From a virus, in the IMG/VR virus record IMGVR_UViG_3300026290_000001: a stretch of 64,000 nt of DNA; one strand, given 5' to 3'. Made by a program: the position numbers and the translations under genes. Below, in pieces: positions 58,336 to 64,000 of this stretch (positions are counted from its first letter, which is position 1; each line of letters begins with the position of its first letter). The notes below the pieces were generated by a model. The model saw nothing but the letters and a program-made list of their open reading frames with translations, had not been told where the DNA came from and did not search any database.

Positions 58336-61189
58336 AAGAAATAGCATCTCCTTCAACTAAAACTCTTTTTGCTCCATACCAACTACTACCAACATAAACT
58401 TCATCACCTAATAAAACTTGATTAGCACTTATTTGTAAATGTGGATAAGTAGAACCACCTGCTGAAATAATAACATTATGACCAGAAGTAGTGTACATTA
58501 AAATTTCTTTATTACTACTATTTTTTCCACCTATTTGCAAAGAATTAAATGCAGTAAAATCTCCAGCAGTTATTTGATTAGCATATATTTTACCAGTAAT
58601 AACATAATCTTTTCCTAATTGTGTAGTTAAGGCAGTATTAGTAACATAGTTTGCTAAATCACCAGAATATACTAAATCTGTTGGTTTATCTATCACTTTG
58701 CCCCATGCTATATAAGCATTCGGACCCATTTGAATATTGTCACCAACAATTAACTCATTAACTTTTAGTTTATTTGCACCAACACTACCATTGGACAAAT
58801 AATTACCATTGATTTTATTTAAAGAATCCAATACATTAGTACCTGCAATTTTTAAACTCGAACAATCTATATTACCTTGAATATCTGCTGATGTTGCCAC
58901 TAAGTGACCTGAAAGGGAAACCCTGAAGGGTGCATAATTATAGTTACTACTACCTAAATATATTCCATTCGTGTCGGCTTTAAATATGGCATTACCCGAT
59001 CCTATCTGCATATGTCCTTTTAATATTAAATTACCATCAATGTCAGCATATAATTTTTTGTTCCATTGAGAACCTTCATATTTTTCAATAGTGAATCCAT
59101 CTGTTGCGTTAGATATGGAACGTACTTTATTGTCTGAACGGGTAATTGTTAGTCCATCTGTTATATCTATTTTTACACCATTATAGAGTTTATTTTCTAA
59201 GAGTACTCCTTCTGCTAATTCTGAAACTGGTAATCCACCATCCGTTATTTGTAGGGAAAGACCTGAAATTTTTACTCCCGTTTCATTGACGGTGAAGAAT
59301 TTTTTACCTTCGTTGTTTGATGCGTCTATTATGAGGTTTTGACCAATTAATAAAGTACCTAAAATTCTTTCTGCTACAATCCGATCTGGCAAAATCGCAG
59401 TATGAAATGTATTACCTCCATCTTGGGTAAGAGTAATTACACCATGCATCATACGAATAAATTTATCAGAATCGTTCGGATCTATAATACTGATGCCTCT
59501 TCTATCAGTAATTACCGTCTCATTACCACAAGCAATTACTGCTTGTTTAGTAGCATCCCATGCATTATTTATAATTTTCTGTACTTCATTATTAGCATTT
59601 TCACCCAATGACCATTTATATTTTTCCATATCAACAGTAGTAGATGTGCTCACTGCTTGATTTATTCTCTTTAAAAACAAATCATAATCACGATTAATAT
59701 TTTCAATATTACTAATTACAAGATTGACACTATTTTCTTCAAAATCAAAATCCATTTCAATAATTTTTGCCATAATGCTAATATCAAAAGTTTCATGGTC
59801 AATTCTAACCAAATCACCTAAAATCAATTTACCTTTATCTAATTGACAATCTTCATCTAAATATTGATCAATATTTATCGAATCTATCTCTATTAATATT
59901 TGTGGTGTATTTATTTTTACAAACTGTTCTTTACCCCAAGATAATAATTCTTTAGCATCAAAGATGTATTGATTTTCAACAGTTTTTACAACTATATAAT
60001 CAGTAAGTTCAAATAATTCAGATTGAGTAAAATTACTTTCCATACGCAATGTGTCACCAAGAGAAATTATATTAGATTGTACAGAATTTATTTGTGATTG
60101 TTTATTACTAATTTCAGTGTTTTTATTATTTATTTCATTTTGTTTGGCAGATTGTTGTGCTAATAAATCATAAGCACTTTGACCCTTAGATTGTGCCAAA
60201 TCTATATTGTCTTGAATTATTATTAATTCAGATTGTAGTGTAATTAATTGACTATTTAAAATTATTAGTTCTGCTTCATATGTTTCTAATTGAGATAAAT
60301 AACCTTGATATATACCATCATTATCTTGTAATTTTTTATTATAAGCCAATAAAGCATGACATAATTCATTGGACATATAATGACTACTTTGAATTACATT
60401 GCCTTGCTCATCTTCTGTATATGGATAAAGAAAATATCCAAAGTTATCTAAATAGTCAGTACCAGTTATATTGTATTCATTTATACTTAATCCCGATTTG
60501 CCATAAATTTTTAAACGAGTGCAAAAATCTGAATCATCCAAAGATTGATTTAGTGATTTCAAATAGATACCATAATTAAAATTTAAACCAGTGTAGTTTC
60601 CGATTTGGTCTAATTTATAAAAACTTATCTTTTTATTTTCAGTATCCCATTTAATAATTGCACTAAATGTTTCTGAAACTGTAAATATTGCATCTAGTAC
60701 CGTAGCAGAAGTAATTTCTAACATGCGAAATTTAGTGTCGAACTCTGAATTCACGTACCCCAAAGACCATGTAGTTTCCTTTAACAAATCGGTCATTATT
60801 TGTGATAATGTTTTGGATTCAACTTTATATCCTCTAATTAAATTATCTTTTAATTTAAAGGGGAGAGAAAAACATTCCACTTGAAACGAATCTATATCTT
60901 CACCCATATTTTGAATTGGTTTTTGTATAATAAACCATTCAATTTTATTATTATATTCAAATTTTATTAGGTATTTATAACGAATCATATTAAGATGTTT
61001 GTTATAAACTAATTCGTTCTCTATTTCAATATATAAAGGAAGATCAAACGATAATTCTGAAATATTACCAAGTTTACAGTTATATTGTATATTAAATGCC
61101 TGATTAGATAAATCTGCAATAATATTTCTATCAGGTTTTGTAAGATATAGTTTTGGTTTTTGTAGTAAGTCTATTATAAATATCACCAC
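58316..61189 (-). CDS. large tail protein (tail-associated lysin/baseplate hub-like) with coiled-coil and C-terminal fibre region
   Basis: 957 aa; central coiled-coil; Gly-rich C-terminal region; position between distal tail gene and fibre genes. Confidence 0.5.
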   Translation of the reverse strand: MVIFIIDLLQKPKLYLTKPDRNIIADLSNQAFNIQYNCKLGNISELSFDLPLYIEIENELVYNKHLNMIRYKYLIKFEYNNKIEWFIIQKPIQNMGEDIDSFQVECFSLPFKLKDNLIRGYKVESKTLSQIMTDLLKETTWSLGYVNSEFDTKFRMLEITSATVLDAIFTVSETFSAIIKWDTENKKISFYKLDQIGNYTGLNFNYGIYLKSLNQSLDDSDFCTRLKIYGKSGLSINEYNITGTDYLDNFGYFLYPYTEDEQGNVIQSSHYMSNELCHALLAYNKKLQDNDGIYQGYLSQLETYEAELIILNSQLITLQSELIIIQDNIDLAQSKGQSAYDLLAQQSAKQNEINNKNTEISNKQSQINSVQSNIISLGDTLRMESNFTQSELFELTDYIVVKTVENQYIFDAKELLSWGKEQFVKINTPQILIEIDSINIDQYLDEDCQLDKGKLILGDLVRIDHETFDISIMAKIIEMDFDFEENSVNLVISNIENINRDYDLFLKRINQAVSTSTTVDMEKYKWSLGENANNEVQKIINNAWDATKQAVIACGNETVITDRRGISIIDPNDSDKFIRMMHGVITLTQDGGNTFHTAILPDRIVAERILGTLLIGQNLIIDASNNEGKKFFTVNETGVKISGLSLQITDGGLPVSELAEGVLLENKLYNGVKIDITDGLTITRSDNKVRSISNATDGFTIEKYEGSQWNKKLYADIDGNLILKGHMQIGSGNAIFKADTNGIYLGSSNYNYAPFRVSLSGHLVATSADIQGNIDCSSLKIAGTNVLDSLNKINGNYLSNGSVGANKLKVNELIVGDNIQMGPNAYIAWGKVIDKPTDLVYSGDLANYVTNTALTTQLGKDYVITGKIYANQITAGDFTAFNSLQIGGKNSSNKEILMYTTSGHNVIISAGGSTYPHLQISANQVLLGDEVYVGSSWYGAKRVLVEGDAISSTAVFG

Positions 61190-61208
61190 CTTTCTAAATA
61201 ATTAAATA

Positions 61209-61982
61209 CTAATAAAATCTGAATTCATATTTCATGTCCAAAAAACACTTGCCATCAACCTTTAGTCTATTTTTACCATAAGGCAAACTCATATAATAAT
61301 TATTTATAAGTTTGTCATATCTATAAATAGGTGGAGGTGTGCTTTCTAACGAACTTTCTATATTTCTTCTCTTACAATCGATTTGTACAATTTCATTATC
61401 TTCTAATTCTGAAAATCCAAATTCTTTACCGTTAGATAAATTTAAAATAGATACTTTACCTTTTTCTAGTTTTTTAATTGTTATTATAGGTAAAACATCC
61501 ACATCTCCTAAATTATTAAATACAAAATGATTAGTACTTTCTTTGCTAAAATCATAAGATTCTAAATAGATATGCGAATGTGCATAAGAACTCTTACATC
61601 TAAATTGACAAGTTATATAACCTTGATTTATACCATTATGAGATATTTGTGGATCAGAAATTAAAATACAATAATAAATTTTATCAGGATTTTCCGAAAA
61701 ACGCATTTTAGCATAATATGGTTTTCTTAACCATCGTTTAACCCTTTGTAAAGATTCTTCCGTCCATCCCTTTTTAAAAGCAAAAACTAAATCCAGTATT
61801 AAAGGTTTTGGTTTAACTTCTTGAAAATAAGGTTCATTTCTACCACGTATTTCAGTTTCAATTATTTCTACTTCTGCTACAAAAGGTTCTTCTGTCATTC
61901 CAGAAGAAAGATTACAATTTATAATATCGTAATCATATGAATATTCATTATCAAATTCAAAATACGCAGAATCTTTTATCAT
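61209..61982 (-). CDS. tail component (distal tail protein-like)
   Basis: 257-aa ORF between the large coiled-coil protein and the large tail protein; assignment by synteny. Confidence 0.4.
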   Translation of the reverse strand: MIKDSAYFEFDNEYSYDYDIINCNLSSGMTEEPFVAEVEIIETEIRGRNEPYFQEVKPKPLILDLVFAFKKGWTEESLQRVKRWLRKPYYAKMRFSENPDKIYYCILISDPQISHNGINQGYITCQFRCKSSYAHSHIYLESYDFSKESTNHFVFNNLGDVDVLPIITIKKLEKGKVSILNLSNGKEFGFSELEDNEIVQIDCKRRNIESSLESTPPPIYRYDKLINNYYMSLPYGKNRLKVDGKCFLDMKYEFRFY

Positions 61983-62030
61983 TGCTGTTCACCACCTTAA
62001 AACAAAACAGAAGGGGAGTAGATACCCCTT

Positions 62031-64000
62031 CTATTTACCAAGTTTACTCATTCCATTATTTATCCGTTTAAAGAAACCATCAACACCTTTTTCTGTGTTT
62101 TCTACTTTATCTATATGAACATTCATATTATAAGTTACGTTACCTCCACCAGCAAACTGTAATTGTGGAGTTGCATTGGCAATTAATTTTTGCATATTAG
62201 GAATTAGATATCTTTCAATATTTTTTGGTGGAATTAAAATTTCATTTGTTAGTGCTTTGATTATATGTTCATTGGCACTGGTATTGAAAAATTTATTAAA
62301 TTTATCAACAAAACCAAATGATTTATCTCCGACTATACCACCTTCATGATATATCCTAATTTGTCTTTTCTTTTCATCCCATTCTACTTGATGACCTAAT
62401 GCTTCTGCAACTTCCCTGATAGAAAGATATGTTGTTCCGTCAACATTTTTAGCTGGTTTAAATCTCTTTCCACCAATTATAATTGTCTGGTTTTGTCCAT
62501 AACCTTCCCAATCAGCAGATGCTCCTAAAAGTGATGCAAGAAGTCTAGATTGCATAATTGCTCTATTATTGACAAGTTCAAAAGAACCAGAATCCAATAC
62601 TGCCATAGGTTGTCTACCAGATGTGTTAGAACTAGGATTAGTACTTTCCAAAGAGGGAATAGACATATTCGCACTATTTGCACTTTCTAATAATGCTAAT
62701 GCCTGTTCCATTTTTGTAATTAAATTAGCACTAATACTATTACCAATAAACTCTAAATTGCCATTTACAAAAGTTTTAAATTCTGCAAAAGCTGATTTAA
62801 CTTTATCAATATTACCATTTATAATATCAGAACGAATTTGGGCAAACTTTTGTTCGTCATTAATTAAATCGTCATAGTGTTTTTCGGTTTCTCTTTTAAT
62901 TCTATCCAACCTATCTTTTTCTAAGTTAAGTTTAGTATCTTCTGCTTTTTTCTTTGCATCAATATCTTTTTTATAAGCATCTAATTGGTCTTTAAGATTT
63001 TCTTTACGTAAATCAATTGAATGGTCATGTTGATATTCATTAATTTCATCCTCTTGTTCTGCCAATTGTTTTATTAATTCTGCTTTTTTTGCTTTTGCTT
63101 CAAAAGAATCATCTAATGATAAAACGTCAATATTTTTTTGAGTTTCTAATATTGCTTTTTGTTTCTTTTCCAATTCACGATTATAATCATGCTCATTTTC
63201 TTCTCTATCTAGTGCTTTGATTCGTGCATTGATGTAATCTTCAAATTGTTTTAATTCATCATCAAGATTATCAGTTGCTTGTTTATGACGTTTTTCTTCT
63301 GCTTTCATTTGTTCATCTATGGCATCTAATGCAACTTGTTTTTGTTTTTCATAGATATTTTTATAGATAGAGATGATTTCGTCTGCTATGGATGCTAGTT
63401 GTTGTTTGATAGAGAATTGGAGATTGATATATTCTTGCTTTAGTTGTTTTAAAGTATTTATCAATTCTTGTTTTTGGTCAGCATTGTATCTATCACTTGC
63501 TAATTCCTGTTGAACTAATGCTATTTTATTTCTTAAAATATTAACACTTTCAATATTAATTTGATTTTCTCGTTCTAATAATGCAATATATTCAGCAGAC
63601 CCTTTTTCTAATAAAGACATTTCATTTCTAAGGTTTTCTTTTTCTTGAGTTAAATCAGATAGTTTAATATCTTCAATTGATAAATTAATTTTAAATTCAG
63701 CAAAACTCAAATCTCTTATTTCATCATCTATACCTTGAATTTCTTTTTTAAGACCTTCTGCACTATCTTTGAGTTTTTTAAAATCTTCAATCGCTTTTGC
63801 AATTTTTTCATTCTTTATATCAACTTCAATTGTATCTGTTGAACCAGACATTATTTTGTTAAAGTCAGATTCAGACAACCCTTTTCCAATATAAGACCGT
63901 AGATTCTGTTCTGCTTGTTTTAGACTTGAATCAAAAGTGTTATTTATATCTAAAAGCAGGTTTTGTTTTTTTTGTAATAAAAGTATCATTTGGTCATATA
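62031..64000 (-). CDS. coiled-coil structural protein, probable tape measure protein; 5' end beyond the window
   Basis: Open to the window edge; extended coiled-coil; C-terminal copper-amine-oxidase-N-like domain (TYLSIREVAEALGHQVEWDEKKRQIRI). Confidence 0.45.
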   Translation of the reverse strand, partial: YDQMILLLQKKQNLLLDINNTFDSSLKQAEQNLRSYIGKGLSESDFNKIMSGSTDTIEVDIKNEKIAKAIEDFKKLKDSAEGLKKEIQGIDDEIRDLSFAEFKINLSIEDIKLSDLTQEKENLRNEMSLLEKGSAEYIALLERENQINIESVNILRNKIALVQQELASDRYNADQKQELINTLKQLKQEYINLQFSIKQQLASIADEIISIYKNIYEKQKQVALDAIDEQMKAEEKRHKQATDNLDDELKQFEDYINARIKALDREENEHDYNRELEKKQKAILETQKNIDVLSLDDSFEAKAKKAELIKQLAEQEDEINEYQHDHSIDLRKENLKDQLDAYKKDIDAKKKAEDTKLNLEKDRLDRIKRETEKHYDDLINDEQKFAQIRSDIINGNIDKVKSAFAEFKTFVNGNLEFIGNSISANLITKMEQALALLESANSANMSIPSLESTNPSSNTSGRQPMAVLDSGSFELVNNRAIMQSRLLASLLGASADWEGYGQNQTIIIGGKRFKPAKNVDGTTYLSIREVAEALGHQVEWDEKKRQIRIYHEGGIVGDKSFGFVDKFNKFFNTSANEHIIKALTNEILIPPKNIERYLIPNMQKLIANATPQLQFAGGGNVTYNMNVHIDKVENTEKGVDGFFKRINNGMSKLGK

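Noticed and set aside
1848-62877. Numerous 60-150 aa ORFs on the strand opposite long genes (e.g. 1848..2066, 9125..9337, 16353..16649, 21188..21640, 25959..26273, 29550..29795, 46047..46401, 56192..56539, 62569..62877)
   Set aside because: They are fully contained within, and antisense to, well-supported genes, lack RBS, and are hydrophobic low-complexity as expected from reverse translation of AT-rich coding DNA.

Overview
AT-rich (~28-30% GC) bacteriophage DNA, most consistent with a temperate tailed phage of a low-GC anaerobic Firmicute (Clostridia-like). The host guess rests on the class III anaerobic RNR (NrdD/NrdG), SLH-like and Cu-amine-oxidase-N-like domains, and the codon bias. Layout: (i) 0.2-19 kb, plus strand: an extraordinarily dense island of 12 DNA methyltransferase genes with a PAPS-reductase-like gene, a B12-binding radical SAM gene and NAD-dependent ligase; (ii) 19-43 kb, plus strand: replication and nucleotide metabolism (SSB-like, Sak4-like ATPase, DnaB-like helicase, primase, RecJ-like exonuclease, free-standing LAGLIDADG endonuclease, DnaE-type polymerase, RecD-like helicase with an apparent intein, sigma factor, NrdH/NrdD/NrdG, dUTPase, dNMP kinase, nucleotidase); (iii) 43.4-64 kb, mostly minus strand: integrase remnant, lysis cassette, intact tyrosine integrase, tail fibre/tailspike genes, tail genes. 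The strongest single call is a textbook IscB (OMEGA) RNA-guided nuclease gene with a structured upstream non-coding region inside the tail module. Other notable signals: several genes whose homology runs upstream of the first ATG/GTG/TTG to an SD-positioned ATA/ATT codon, a repeated intergenic module, and an abrupt GC-rich 3' end on a tail fibre gene. All calls come from reading the sequence and translated ORFs by eye; no database searches were run.
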